Below are positions 26,401 through 33,166 of a stretch of 64,000 nucleotides of DNA, piece after piece. The notes below the pieces were generated by a model, which saw only the letters and a list, made by a program, of their open reading frames with translations, did no database searches and was not told the origin of the DNA. Position 1 is the first letter of the stretch, and every line of letters starts with the position of its first letter. A program made the position numbers and the translations under genes. The DNA is taken from IMG/VR virus record IMGVR_UViG_3300049215_000771, positions 248,001-312,000 of that record, one strand, 5' to 3'.

Positions 26401-28160
26401 GAACTACCGGAAACATTACACCACCTGCCGTCACAGACGCCCGTGCAAGGTTGAATGAAGCAAATGCTCCGCTCCAAGAAAGGTTGCGTGCAGCACGGGA
26501 AAGAATGTCGAGAAGAATGACCGAGCGTAGGGCACAACGGGGATTGCCTGCAATTCCAACTGCTCCGACAACGCCCGCCACAACAATGCCTGCAATCCCG
26601 GCGACAACGCCCGCCACAACAATGCCTGTTGTTCCAACAGCGCCAGGTGTGGCTCCTGGTGCGCCGCCGACAACCCCAGCCCCGGCTGGCAACTGGCTTA
26701 CTCGTATGTTGCCTAGCTGGATGGGTGGAACGCCGACGCCAGCACCAGCAACCCCAGCAGGCCCAGCAGCGATGCCGGGTATGCCAATGCCTCCTGCCCC
26801 GCCTGCCCCAGCAACCCCAGCCCCGACAGGCAACTGGCTTACTCGTATGTTGCCTAGCTGGATGGGTGGAACGCCGACGCCAGCAGCGCCGCAAGTAACC
26901 CCTGGAATTACTCCTCAACCGACAGATATTCCGGGGCCGGCTGTTCCACAAACGCCGACTGCTCCGACAAACTTGACACCACCAACTATGCCGGGTGCAA
27001 CAAGACCGCCAAGGACAGTGTTGCCGCCAGTTCAAAGGAACACAACACGTCCACCAAGGACGGTATTGCCGCCAGTCCAGCGGGATATGACACGACCGCC
27101 ACAAACTGTATTGCCCCCTGTAGAAAGGGATGCAACACGACCACCAAGGACGGTATTGCCGCCAGTCCAGCGGGATATAACACGACCGCCACAAACTGTA
27201 TTGCCGCCAGTGGAAAGGGATGCAACACGACCACCAGCCACGGTGTTGCCGCCAGTGGAAAGGAACACAGTACGTCCACCAAGGACTGTACTACCTCCTG
27301 TAGAGAGGGATGCAACACGTCCACCAAGGACTGTACTACCTCCTGTAGAGAGGGACATGACAAGACCACCAAGGACAGTAGTGCCGCCAGTGGAAAGGAA
27401 CACAGTACGTCCGCCAAGGACTGTACTGCCTCCTGTAGAGAGGGATGCAACACGTCCACCAAGGACTGTACTGCCTCCTGTAGAGAGGGATGCAACACGT
27501 CCACCAAGGACTGTACTGCCGCCAGTCCAGCGGGATGCAACACGACCACCAAGGACGGTATTGCCGCCAGTGGAAAGGAACACAGTACGTCCGCCAAGGA
27601 CTGTACTGCCTCCTGTTGGCTCGTTGACTCAGCCACCGATGTCGGCTGTTGCTCCTCCTGGATTGAGGCCACCGACACAACAATTCAACAACTTGTCAAT
27701 GCCGATGCCGATGCCGATGAGGAATTTGGCGAGCGGCGACTCTACTACTTCTACCGTCGAGGGACAAAGCGGACAAACCGCTGCAACCCCAACGGCCCCG
27801 CAAGTACGACCGCTCCCGCCTGCTCAGGCCAATATGGACACGCAGCGTAGGGTGGAGCAAGATCGTGCTTCGTCCCAACCGCCAGTGGCAAGCATTTCGT
27901 CGCCGGAACTTGGTCAGATTGCTGCAAGTTCTCAACAGACCAACAGCAGCATGACGCAGTTGGTGACTTTGATCCAGACGCTCGTGAACTACATGAAGCC
28001 GCAAAACGGAACAGTTGGAAACAGTGACAGTAGCGGGCAGGGAAGGGGTGGTACGAACATGGTGGTAAGTTCCCCACCTAAGTATTACAAGTGGAACACA
28101 GGCAAGCACAATCAAATCGCAGGCAAAGCTGTGACCAACATTAGTGCAAGCAATTACTAA
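14499..28160 (+). CDS. Tail tape measure protein (4553 aa)
   Basis: Very long Ala/Ile/Lys/Met-rich helical ORF with hydrophobic middle and Trp/Phe-periodic repeats, directly upstream of tube-initiator, LysM and hub genes. Confidence 0.85.
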   Translation: MAQVLDSFGRAAEDATMSLKQLRELIKSLAQGKVGPPTSPGQAAQDAGVKMPMPTPDVKPDPNSVDPKVIEEMRDILKEYKKDWDKETDDAKKHVEDTVDLLKNIDQAKEAKSKQPKGVGKDKPSKEDVSMEHSLAQLAHHGLKKGSIQTADWKMFSHVVKADGITQSKLEQIVQLLDKSAKVSKGIKPGTFKVETDLNLSTVKKQVEKEAPGAYKAGKTKRDDSYSAHPAHKALAEMRLEPLVRELSFMKEVLTSITGVLDKMQDAFFGFKVGETLFKGIVKEETKFIRDARAAAYETAGITKETRALQRAYEDIGTTAAITGFNRTEYQKAYLKTLKRGIKDLGTVNKITQAQLNTESQIGVEAGTLSDEFANWHTQMRFNAGQVAEMGRGVRDVAKFTGITGEKLAQAVKSSEQFMTTMRNAATLTASAAKNIIEIQAVSQKMGTADTMAPLMKAMTSTNNLIREASNQTRALLINAAAKVGRVRELMMGTILQSKAGIKDMAKGLEANLRMFGVNSIEEIDNLSDEAKQRLNLQLKAAFGIELGEMRQTIETLKEAGKGLGDRIADINKKLQQNVTIEERKALEEQKRAMTASASLSVLNALDEAAKGAQDMNQALAKFGTRRKQFQDDLNAMGITATDNADVARQAIGTALANINQSLKAGGKQELKIDSSQIEKALQDPVAFRELQAQLTKAEQQAATAAKAQLDPVSEIRQKVNEINDNIRNMSQNVISKLMNSMLGKLAFIAIAIMSVVSTVGLFLIGLYMLKRELGTMLQFVGPSLMKIFDLFKSKLFGGGPTTPAPKGPTTPDAALDIVDKRKKEGKEKTTEAEKKTKTPCDPCPLLTEIVKLLSAIKDCVCQGKEPTIKTAVVDSKGKIIPEEKRAEAAAGMNKYQGMTQEQKATEKLKERKGVTTPTAALPTPQTLPKATETTAAMPKKAEAAAGAAATAVKEKTTCDTCPILKEIAGSIKALDPTMKEMAGKVAALEPVVKAIDPSLKAIASALAPLADIKTLLDAIKQCVCQPKTEQATQAAQPEAKKTTTTPAATAQATATAAATAPAKKIEGLEDPAVVKAKLKQINNDSKLTTVEKKMQTKELVMQRKEIIMQKKAIPLQKREIATEKAREGLVKGQKKEMAKAEPAEPPPTAPSGGWDLESLKKSGPEMAKTAAAILIMAVGVVALGAAIVFLSHKVIKAFNLDMKTVLETAGIVAALAGAGAAIAVAAYGVIEALESKEVQDFVGKAKKGWKDLAKTAAAILIIGPAVVLLGAAVVGATAAILKAFNLNLTTVIETAAVVTAVAGAATAIIVAASKALECMEEMNSLPGAKKLMQNPVKMAWTMAKAGLAMLILAPAIVFLGAAVIKMAQWILGIFNLDARTAMEVGATVAAVILSAGLIAGAIIGAMFGLYGLGLLVDWMYSDPTFIPHITQGAIALLILAPLVLLLAAAVTKFAQWILGAFKLSAKDALDTGMTVAAVIVGAGLIAGAIIGAMYGLYGLGLLAKYAMKYAWTIAMGALALLILTPVMIKLALVIIDMANSLIDLSPKDVENIVNKVTALFEGAGKIALAVLLASGALALLGMAVASGYILYAALMMGLGALALLVLTPAMIKMALAILNMGKELTESISLEEAKKIAEGVKTIFTAAGDVAGAVVDMSGYLLKMGFLSFLNLFGFVTGLLNKGAAFFFEIAKPIGNFVMGLMAMGKAMTQTMPMDQAKKTAEGVKTIFESAGVISDNVQSSVWSLIKMGFLSILNRGGWITSLMDAGAGFFMDLAKPVAKFTLSILALGKAMSQAIDPAKAREIAKGVKDIFDAAAAVNQSLTSQMSTLIKLGMLSWFSFLIPDLDKATEFFMSLAKPAMKFTLILIALGRALVAAAGGPKKIKPLIEGIKGIGEIIEAVSKIMDILIKKIVPMTQAKWFGLFGSSQLEDLADAVPKFRASFESITTFIRDGIIMPIRRTFRNTAQIQKTLAIAKGLADAMQAAAKIMDTVIKSVLPLTRPWFLGWWGNSRLDDLADAIPKFQKSFEKIVDFIKNAIIEPIRSAFRNTKKIAAVIGVAKAIAQAMQAVLPMVNSVQKAVSDLTQARGFFSFIGIGDSKMEQLEKAIPGFQGTFQKIVDFVKNGIIEPIRRAFPHLKKVQPIIAIAKGIGDTVLSIVNMVDTVANKLVPMTERGGIWASMFGDARSQMEKIDALLTGSFQKIFSSMVNFLKNGLIGPITSAFPNLQQVNTILPVVNGVGNAVTAIANMVDALINKLMPLAEKPGFWGRIFGETKSKFEQLEEVIPTIGAMWSSIVYFVRDGLIGPVVRAFPCLKEAESQIKTVELVGKSIKTVADVMETVKEIQQNIDPLAGIRSIFGDIFPKVNPLEKAIPMIQATFIAITKFVKEGIIEPVQSMDANGLKQSVTKLEQMNKAFQLMQDLVDSLQGMMGMTEGGTVSKTTGPWYWRTTVVEKVDPMTDKLQAAIKPISDTFKKITQFVQDGIVVPVSKLDAGDLKKTVKILMWMALALEKVPEVMENLGDVLKMLSPDGNALQSHLATQMINEMQGRWKGWYKWVFTGMATFIKDGIMDPILKNLTDVKKVKTVAKIIMAAAIMLDKLPDMMENLGDALRLLSPDGNALQSHLATQMINEMQGRWKGWYKWVFTGMATFIREGIIDPISKELTDVKKVKTVAKIVVAAAMMLEKLPTMMEGLGNALRLLSPDGNVLQSALATQIINEMQGRWKGWYKWVFTGMAAFIREGIMDPISKNLTEVDKVQTVAKILVAAATMMTKLPPVMQNLGDALRLLSPDGNVLQTALVSQIQGEMNGRWKGWYAKTFTDIAKFIREGIVNPVLGELYDAKTIMTAAKILVAAAQILTVLPVVMQKLGDALRLLSPDGNVLQSALTTQMQNEMAGRWKGWYEKTFRSIAIFMREGIVNPILQELPNVKDIVMAARLMRAMSVILTSLPRVITALASAMGLMSNPDSLRDAPGEKIMEHKEEFRVWFKNIAIFMRDAIVNPILDELPDVKSVLMAARLMRAMSVVISSIPRVILGMANGLMPLVDSGMTLRDTPADKINDSKDEFKEWFRQVAIFMRDGIVAPILEELPDVKSILMAARILRAMSIVVSGVAAIIKNISKVFGTLKPSECINDSPMSMIAAAAPIFADWFMTLTDFLVGGIIDPILLYFPNKEEVAVVVDALRQMINVIRLLPAFLNELSAEIAPMIDGSWMRASPISRIASGVIIFGAWFGALANALIVGIINPIKNEFPKPEEIGQMFNSMQTMNGLLASMPEFLEDLGDQMSKIYDSPIWDEGMKMQVTVFSAYFKHISDALVKGIVTPVEAWPKSAMLQEMVARLRAMSDAVKAVAEVLETFSNKLGPLVNGYWWYSPELSDLSRRVGRFSTYFTGIALSLRDGIIKPIQDNFPAATELQEIVTRVTALNDVIHNLSGAMTELAATIAELNAINMPDLDPEVLGRIAGILNRLALPPAMAPVQTVSFSNPEVSFDPNQFAPPEIQLAAPEVQPASFQMPDAQVLTPPAAPQVQMPTPQALTPPAAPQLQMPMPQVQPASFQVPGSSFQMPAPQVLTPPAAPQVQMPAPQVLTPPAAPQVQMPAPQAQIPAAPQLQMPTPQVRPASFQMPAPQALTPPAAPQLQMPTPQVRPASFQMPAPQALTPPAAPQLQMPTPQVRPAAPLQLPRPQAQQPQMPQQVQNLQIPQVQQVTMPQVQQLQIPQLQNLQIPQVQQLQIPQAQQVQVPPVPAIPSPAQLQQAGATVRPPTITQANIGANAGAAGAGALGGTPTPTPAAPATPATPTPPTPRAPAQGRPATGRPATGRPAAMPGMPMPPAPAAPATPAPTGNWFSRLMPSWMGGTPTPAPAATPATPTPPTPRAPTPGRPAQGRPATGRPATPAAMPGMPMPPAPAAPATPAPTGNWFSRMLPSWMGGTPTPTTPAAMPATPRPPVRPPVTRPAPVQGTATLQQGQITGTTGNITPPAVTDARARLNEANAPLQERLRAARERMSRRMTERRAQRGLPAIPTAPTTPATTMPAIPATTPATTMPVVPTAPGVAPGAPPTTPAPAGNWLTRMLPSWMGGTPTPAPATPAGPAAMPGMPMPPAPPAPATPAPTGNWLTRMLPSWMGGTPTPAAPQVTPGITPQPTDIPGPAVPQTPTAPTNLTPPTMPGATRPPRTVLPPVQRNTTRPPRTVLPPVQRDMTRPPQTVLPPVERDATRPPRTVLPPVQRDITRPPQTVLPPVERDATRPPATVLPPVERNTVRPPRTVLPPVERDATRPPRTVLPPVERDMTRPPRTVVPPVERNTVRPPRTVLPPVERDATRPPRTVLPPVERDATRPPRTVLPPVQRDATRPPRTVLPPVERNTVRPPRTVLPPVGSLTQPPMSAVAPPGLRPPTQQFNNLSMPMPMPMRNLASGDSTTSTVEGQSGQTAATPTAPQVRPLPPAQANMDTQRRVEQDRASSQPPVASISSPELGQIAASSQQTNSSMTQLVTLIQTLVNYMKPQNGTVGNSDSSGQGRGGTNMVVSSPPKYYKWNTGKHNQIAGKAVTNISASNY
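22030..23330 (+). repeat. Five 261-bp (87-aa) tandem repeats within the TMP
   Basis: LSPDGN anchor (Ser codon) at 22077, 22338, 22599, 22860, 23121; core GRWKGWY. Confidence 0.9.
25010..25720 (+). repeat. Pro/Gln-rich repeats in the TMP C-terminal region
   Basis: LTPPAAPQ(V/L)QMP units followed by LQIPQ units. Confidence 0.85.
25850..26900 (+). repeat. Pro/Ala/Thr repeats with four NW(F/L)(S/T)RxxPSWMGG motifs
   Basis: Motif starts at 26019, 26241, 26691, 26832. Confidence 0.85.
27000..27629 (+). repeat. Fourteen 45-bp (15-aa) tandem repeats in the TMP
   Basis: Unit TRPPRTVLPPV(E/Q)R(D/N)x. Confidence 0.9.
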
Positions 28161-28168
28161 GGAGAAAA

Positions 28169-28699
28169 ATGGCACAAGCTACATCACCAGGCGGCAATTT
28201 AATTGAGATTGACGATTGTTACATTGACATCAATGGAACGCTTCTTACTCAAAGAATGCTGCCTGATATTACAGACGCCAAGGGAGCCAGTTACCCGGAA
28301 GAACCTTTGATGGGTCGGTCTACTCCGCTGAAAACTTACTCCCACTCGGAAACACGCACTATTTCTTGGACCATGCACTTCATCGTGTGCAAAGAAGAAG
28401 ACATCCAGGAGAACCTGGCAAACCTTCGGGCCATCGAAAGTGCCGTGTATCCGGTTGATAACGCATCAAACGCCCCGTACCAGCCGCCAAACCTTTGTCG
28501 CATCAAGTGCGGCCAGATGCTTGGCGATAACGAGTTGTGTGCGGCCATGAAAAGCTATTCAGTGAAATTCCCGCCAGATGTTGCGTGGGATGAAGAAACT
28601 TTGTTGCCCTACAAGTTCGATGTCGATATGTCGTTCGACGTGGTTTACGACAGCAGCGATCTGCCGGGGGCAGACAGGATTTTTGCTACTGGAGAGTAA
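28169..28699 (+). CDS. Contractile tail tube-initiator / CIS tube-like protein
   Basis: MGRSTPL.TY..SETRTISWTMHF, PP..CRI..G, and LPYKFDVDMSF pattern; follows the TMP. Confidence 0.7.
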   Translation: MAQATSPGGNLIEIDDCYIDINGTLLTQRMLPDITDAKGASYPEEPLMGRSTPLKTYSHSETRTISWTMHFIVCKEEDIQENLANLRAIESAVYPVDNASNAPYQPPNLCRIKCGQMLGDNELCAAMKSYSVKFPPDVAWDEETLLPYKFDVDMSFDVVYDSSDLPGADRIFATGE

Positions 28700-28701
28700 C
28701 A

Positions 28702-29028
28702 ATGGCGAATTACTACGAAGAAACATTGATTAACGCACGAAGGTTTGTGCCGGTGACGAGCCGGTACGCCAACGAAACGGTGATCTATTACACGGATAGA
28801 AAACTGTTGGCCTACAAAACATACATCAGGCCAGAATACAAAAAAGACGCCAAGGACAAGTTCACTGTCGTCACGAAACGGTATGAATACAGGCCCGATC
28901 TTACATCCTACGACGCTTACGGAACGCCAGATTTCTGGTGGAAAATCATGGAAGCAAATGGGATTTGGGATGTGTTCGATTTCAAAGCCGGCCTCAACAT
29001 CAGATTGCCGGGCAACATTTTCCTATAA
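28702..29028 (+). CDS. LysM-like baseplate wedge protein (gp53/gpX-like)
   Basis: RPDLTSYDAYGTPDFWWKIMEANGI...GLNIRLP. Confidence 0.8.
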   Translation: MANYYEETLINARRFVPVTSRYANETVIYYTDRKLLAYKTYIRPEYKKDAKDKFTVVTKRYEYRPDLTSYDAYGTPDFWWKIMEANGIWDVFDFKAGLNIRLPGNIFL

Positions 29029-29036
29029 GGAGATAA

Positions 29037-30530
29037 ATGTCATCTTGCGAATTTGATTGTCTTGCACAATACCAATGCGGCCAAGTAGAGCAATTGCCGC
29101 CTGGTGCTATTTATGGTCCCTGGGTTCAGATCGGACTTTCAGGAGAAGGTACAAACATCACGGTCGGTAATCATTCCTCCCCACCAGACAACCACGCCTG
29201 CATCAAATCCTTCGAGTACGGATTCTCCGAGGGCGCTGGCATGAAGGTGGAAATTTACGACGAGGAAGGTAGCCGGCTTTCCACCTTCGTCAACCGCATC
29301 AGCAAAACTGTTTGCCAAGCACCAAATGACTACAAGCTGACGGTAAATTTTGGGTGGATCACTGTAGATTGCAATGGAAACACCAACATTATCAGCACCC
29401 AAAATTTCGGCAACACGTTGTACTTCCTCCCACTGAAAATCGAAGTGGCGTTCGAGAACGGCAAGATCAAATACACTATTGAAGGTACAGACCTTCAGGA
29501 CCGCATCTCGGAAACTCGTGTTGAAAACGCCCGTGGGACGGAAGACGCACGAGTGGATTTGAAAACAGCCATTCGTGAACTATTTGCCGATAGCTGTCCA
29601 AAAATTGACGACATTCGATTTACTGACGCCGAACATCCAGATGCGCCAGATGGATGGCACTTCAAAAACAGTGACGGCGGACCAAATGGACCGAGGGCAG
29701 TGTGGACTACAGACCAGCAGAATGCGATGGCGACAACGAGGAAATGGATTTCTCCTTTGCTCACGGAAAACGACAAAGGTGTAATCCTTCAGTGGAAACA
29801 AGATGAGGACCATCCGGTTCTGGTTTTGTTGGAAGACCCAAACCCGGCCCCGGACGAAAACGAAAGCTGCTGCGAGAACAGCATTGGCACCTACATCGTA
29901 AATGGAGGCAACTGCACTCCCGTTCTCGGATTCACACCACAGATCAATTGGGCATTGAGTTCCAACGCCGGCTCCGGTGGTCAGCAGGCGGGTGGCGCAT
30001 CTGCCAACAACCAGCAACAGGTCGGTAGGCCAGACTCCAACATTGAACGTGTTGGTACGCAAACACAATGGCCTGTGAATCAGAACGATAATATGTGGCG
30101 TCCACAAGACTTGATCGTTCACCGGGCACAAGAAGCTAACGCCGCTCACGAAGCCGCCAACCGCTTCCGTGAAGTTCCGCAAAGCATCAACGCCGAGTTG
30201 AAATTGATGGGTGATCCATCCCTAGCCTTCCCATTGGGCGGGTCTGGTTTGGTGGGCAAATCTGTCTCACTCGTCGTCATCAACCCTTTCTACATTCAGG
30301 AATGTGAATGGATCGCTCAACCTCCCTGTAACGAAATGTTGAGCAACAAAAGATGGATGATTATGGGAGCTAATCACCAAATTAGAGAAGGTTCTTACAC
30401 CACAACACTGAAGTTGTTCCTTGCTGTGCCGAACGTGGACCTGGAACCTGGTACGCCGCTTGGTGGACCTGGCTGTGGAAGATTGACCTTCGACAACGAC
30501 CGCAGCGGCGGCAACGACGAGGACAGCTAA
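29037..30530 (+). CDS. Baseplate hub protein (gp27/gpD-like)
   Basis: Between LysM and spike genes; C-terminal AELKLMGDP..WMIMGANHQI..SYTTTLKL. Confidence 0.7.
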   Translation: MSSCEFDCLAQYQCGQVEQLPPGAIYGPWVQIGLSGEGTNITVGNHSSPPDNHACIKSFEYGFSEGAGMKVEIYDEEGSRLSTFVNRISKTVCQAPNDYKLTVNFGWITVDCNGNTNIISTQNFGNTLYFLPLKIEVAFENGKIKYTIEGTDLQDRISETRVENARGTEDARVDLKTAIRELFADSCPKIDDIRFTDAEHPDAPDGWHFKNSDGGPNGPRAVWTTDQQNAMATTRKWISPLLTENDKGVILQWKQDEDHPVLVLLEDPNPAPDENESCCENSIGTYIVNGGNCTPVLGFTPQINWALSSNAGSGGQQAGGASANNQQQVGRPDSNIERVGTQTQWPVNQNDNMWRPQDLIVHRAQEANAAHEAANRFREVPQSINAELKLMGDPSLAFPLGGSGLVGKSVSLVVINPFYIQECEWIAQPPCNEMLSNKRWMIMGANHQIREGSYTTTLKLFLAVPNVDLEPGTPLGGPGCGRLTFDNDRSGGNDEDS

Positions 30531-32731
30531 TGTCAGTAGTAAGCCAACAACAATTCGCCAAACTCGAACAACGACTCAAAGAAATCGAAGTGCGATTCGG
30601 CAACATGCTGTACGATACTCGTGGTGTTGTACAATCAGAATTGAAAGACCGAATGATTGTTCACAGTCAGTCGGAATCTCAATTTGGGTTGTACACCGCC
30701 CTGTGCATCGACACCATTGACATTTGGAAACAAAATCGCATCAGGTTTTTCTGTCCGGCCTTCCACAATCCGAAGCGTCCGATCAAGGAGATGCCCTGGG
30801 CTTACCCTGTTTCCAACATGGGTGGTTTTGACGATTGTGGTTTGACTTGGGTTCCACCTGCTGGTTCAACTGTCTGCATCTTGTTTGAAGCGGGCCAGCG
30901 GTCATCGCCGTTCTACATTGGTACGACCTGGCATCGTAACCGTGGGCCGGGCGGCAACTTGTTTGGCTTCAACATTGACGAATACTACCGAGTTTGGGCT
31001 GGGCATCGTGGCGGCTATTTGGTAGGGCCGGATGACGAATCTCAGGTTTTCCCGCCGTGGAACACAGAAAACTACAACGGATTTGATCTTTCCTCCATCG
31101 TAGATTTCTCCTCCAACCCGGAGGCACAAAAACTAATCACCTATCCAAATATCTACGGCTTCAAAACACCTGAGAAGCACATGATAAAAATGACGGATGG
31201 TGATCCCAAGTGTAATCGACGATGGAAACGATTCGAGATCATGTCCGGTTGTGGCAACTGGATCATGTTGAAAGACGACCACCTTCATTACGCCGGACAG
31301 TGGGCGCATCCACAGTGCGGCGTCAAAGATGGTGAGACTTCCTGCGTACAAGGTGCGTCCAATAGCAGCGAAACCGACATCACCAGACAGCAGGGTTTAT
31401 CTCCTGATGGAACTACTGCGCATGACGTTCCGACTACAAGCGATCCAATCTCGAAACAATTTGCCGATGTAACAAGTTCAACCTTCCAGTCGGCCCCAAA
31501 AACTGAGAATACACCGTGCCAGGGAACGCACAGCAACAGCAGTATCATTGGAGGACATCCAGCAACATCTGCTGATGATTCGCCGTATATAAACTCTCAA
31601 GCCGGCGCTAATCCATTCTTCAAACATCAAAGCGAGTGCCGACCCTATCAGGGACCGGGCACGCCCCAAAACAACAGAATCGACTTACCGCAGTCTGGCA
31701 TTCAGATTATGTCGATTTCCGGCCACACCATTGTTATGGATGATTCAGTAGAAGAACCTTCCGGCGATCCACGTTGGGAACGTGGAATACAACCATTTGA
31801 TTTCGGTTGCAACAATCACTATTCCGGGCGAACGTACTGGAAGTCTGCCACAGGCCACTGCATTGAGATGCGGGATGTAGAAGACCCTCCACACGTCCAA
31901 AACGCTATGTTGCGTGGTGAATTCAACTTCATCAGGCTGCTGACGGCGACTGGCAACAAAATCGAACTAAACGACCACACTGTAGGTGCGCCGAACTGTC
32001 CTGGCTGTCCGCCAAACGTAGCTGGAAACAAGCGTGGCATCATGCTTGCCAGCACAGCGGGTCACACCATCGAGATGCACGACGAACTAAACCAACAGTG
32101 CGGTCCTTGTCGCATGGAAGGTGGCGTACCTGCTCCGATGGCGAACCCAGGAAACGCTTATGTGAGGATTAGGACGGGGTACGGACTGGAGATGATGTAT
32201 CACGACGACAACCGCCAAGACAAAACAGTTCAACAATACATTCAGATTTTCTGTCCGCAGAAAGACAACAAGGTTCGTGGGCCGCACATCATGAGGTTCC
32301 AGGAAGCACCATCTGGACCTGGATTGATTTTCTTGAGGGCTGGCGGAAACTACATCATCATGACCTACGATAACATGATTGAAATCGTAGGAGACATCAA
32401 GAAAAATCCTTCCGACAAGATCGAAATCATCAGCAAATTGAAGCTGGTGTACACCAAGGACTTCTATGTGAACGTAACTGAGAAGTCGCATGTATTTGTG
32501 GCGAAGAATGACATTCTCCTGTTGGCCGGATGTGATTGTTCATCACCGCAGTTCAACGAAATATGCGGTAGCAGTTGCGGCCCATGCGTTGGACCTGTGT
32601 TGGTTTATGTTGGCGGTTGCATCAGGTTGAGCGACCGCATATATGGTTCTTCTTCACTCAGCGCAACACCAGCTAACATCTTCATGTTGGAACCGCTGGT
32701 CAAGTGTCCGCAGGGTGGGGGCTGCGGCTAA
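30530..32731 (+). CDS. Baseplate central spike (gp5/VgrG OB-fold), Cys-rich
   Basis: RIRFFCP..PWAYP..G..WVPPAGSTVCILFEAGQRSSPFYIG OB-fold; repeated S/TGHxIxMxD beta-helix motifs. Confidence 0.8.
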   Translation: MSVVSQQQFAKLEQRLKEIEVRFGNMLYDTRGVVQSELKDRMIVHSQSESQFGLYTALCIDTIDIWKQNRIRFFCPAFHNPKRPIKEMPWAYPVSNMGGFDDCGLTWVPPAGSTVCILFEAGQRSSPFYIGTTWHRNRGPGGNLFGFNIDEYYRVWAGHRGGYLVGPDDESQVFPPWNTENYNGFDLSSIVDFSSNPEAQKLITYPNIYGFKTPEKHMIKMTDGDPKCNRRWKRFEIMSGCGNWIMLKDDHLHYAGQWAHPQCGVKDGETSCVQGASNSSETDITRQQGLSPDGTTAHDVPTTSDPISKQFADVTSSTFQSAPKTENTPCQGTHSNSSIIGGHPATSADDSPYINSQAGANPFFKHQSECRPYQGPGTPQNNRIDLPQSGIQIMSISGHTIVMDDSVEEPSGDPRWERGIQPFDFGCNNHYSGRTYWKSATGHCIEMRDVEDPPHVQNAMLRGEFNFIRLLTATGNKIELNDHTVGAPNCPGCPPNVAGNKRGIMLASTAGHTIEMHDELNQQCGPCRMEGGVPAPMANPGNAYVRIRTGYGLEMMYHDDNRQDKTVQQYIQIFCPQKDNKVRGPHIMRFQEAPSGPGLIFLRAGGNYIIMTYDNMIEIVGDIKKNPSDKIEIISKLKLVYTKDFYVNVTEKSHVFVAKNDILLLAGCDCSSPQFNEICGSSCGPCVGPVLVYVGGCIRLSDRIYGSSSLSATPANIFMLEPLVKCPQGGGCG

Positions 32732-32743
32732 TGGAGGTAACTG

Positions 32744-33166
32744 ATGCCTAAATTTCTCGGCGTACCTTACCCAATAATGCCGAATGCCCTGGGTTTCATG
32801 CACGCACAAGGCGGCGTTAGACAGATCAAAGCCGATTTGTTGCAATTGTTGCTAACGAATCCGGGCGAGAGAGTATTTTTGCCGACATTTGGTACTCCTT
32901 TAAGGAAGTTGCTGTTTGAACCAAACGACCCGACCATTGCGGCCACGGCGAGGACGATGATTATAAACTCCGTCAAAGCGTGGGAACCAAGGATCGCAGT
33001 ACAAAGCATCACAGTAACAAACTCAGGAATCGACACGGAGTTGAATCCTGCCGACACAAAAACAGAGTTTCAGGCCATCCTGAGCATCAACATCGTGTTT
33101 GTAGACCCGGATCAGATCAGCGATGTGCAATCACTGAGCCTAGAAATACCACTCGCTGGAGGATAA
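32744..33166 (+). CDS. Baseplate wedge protein gp25/GPW-like
   Basis: LLLTNPGERVFLPTFGTPLRKLLFEP..WEPRI. Confidence 0.9.
   Translation: MPKFLGVPYPIMPNALGFMHAQGGVRQIKADLLQLLLTNPGERVFLPTFGTPLRKLLFEPNDPTIAATARTMIINSVKAWEPRIAVQSITVTNSGIDTELNPADTKTEFQAILSINIVFVDPDQISDVQSLSLEIPLAGG

Noticed and set aside
27000-27629. 45-bp tandem array as a possible CRISPR
   Set aside because: No unique spacers, in-frame coding with third-position variation, and no cas genes.
15024-27683. Many long minus-strand and alternative-frame ORFs over the TMP
   Set aside because: Expected from biased codon usage and repeats in a 13.6-kb gene.
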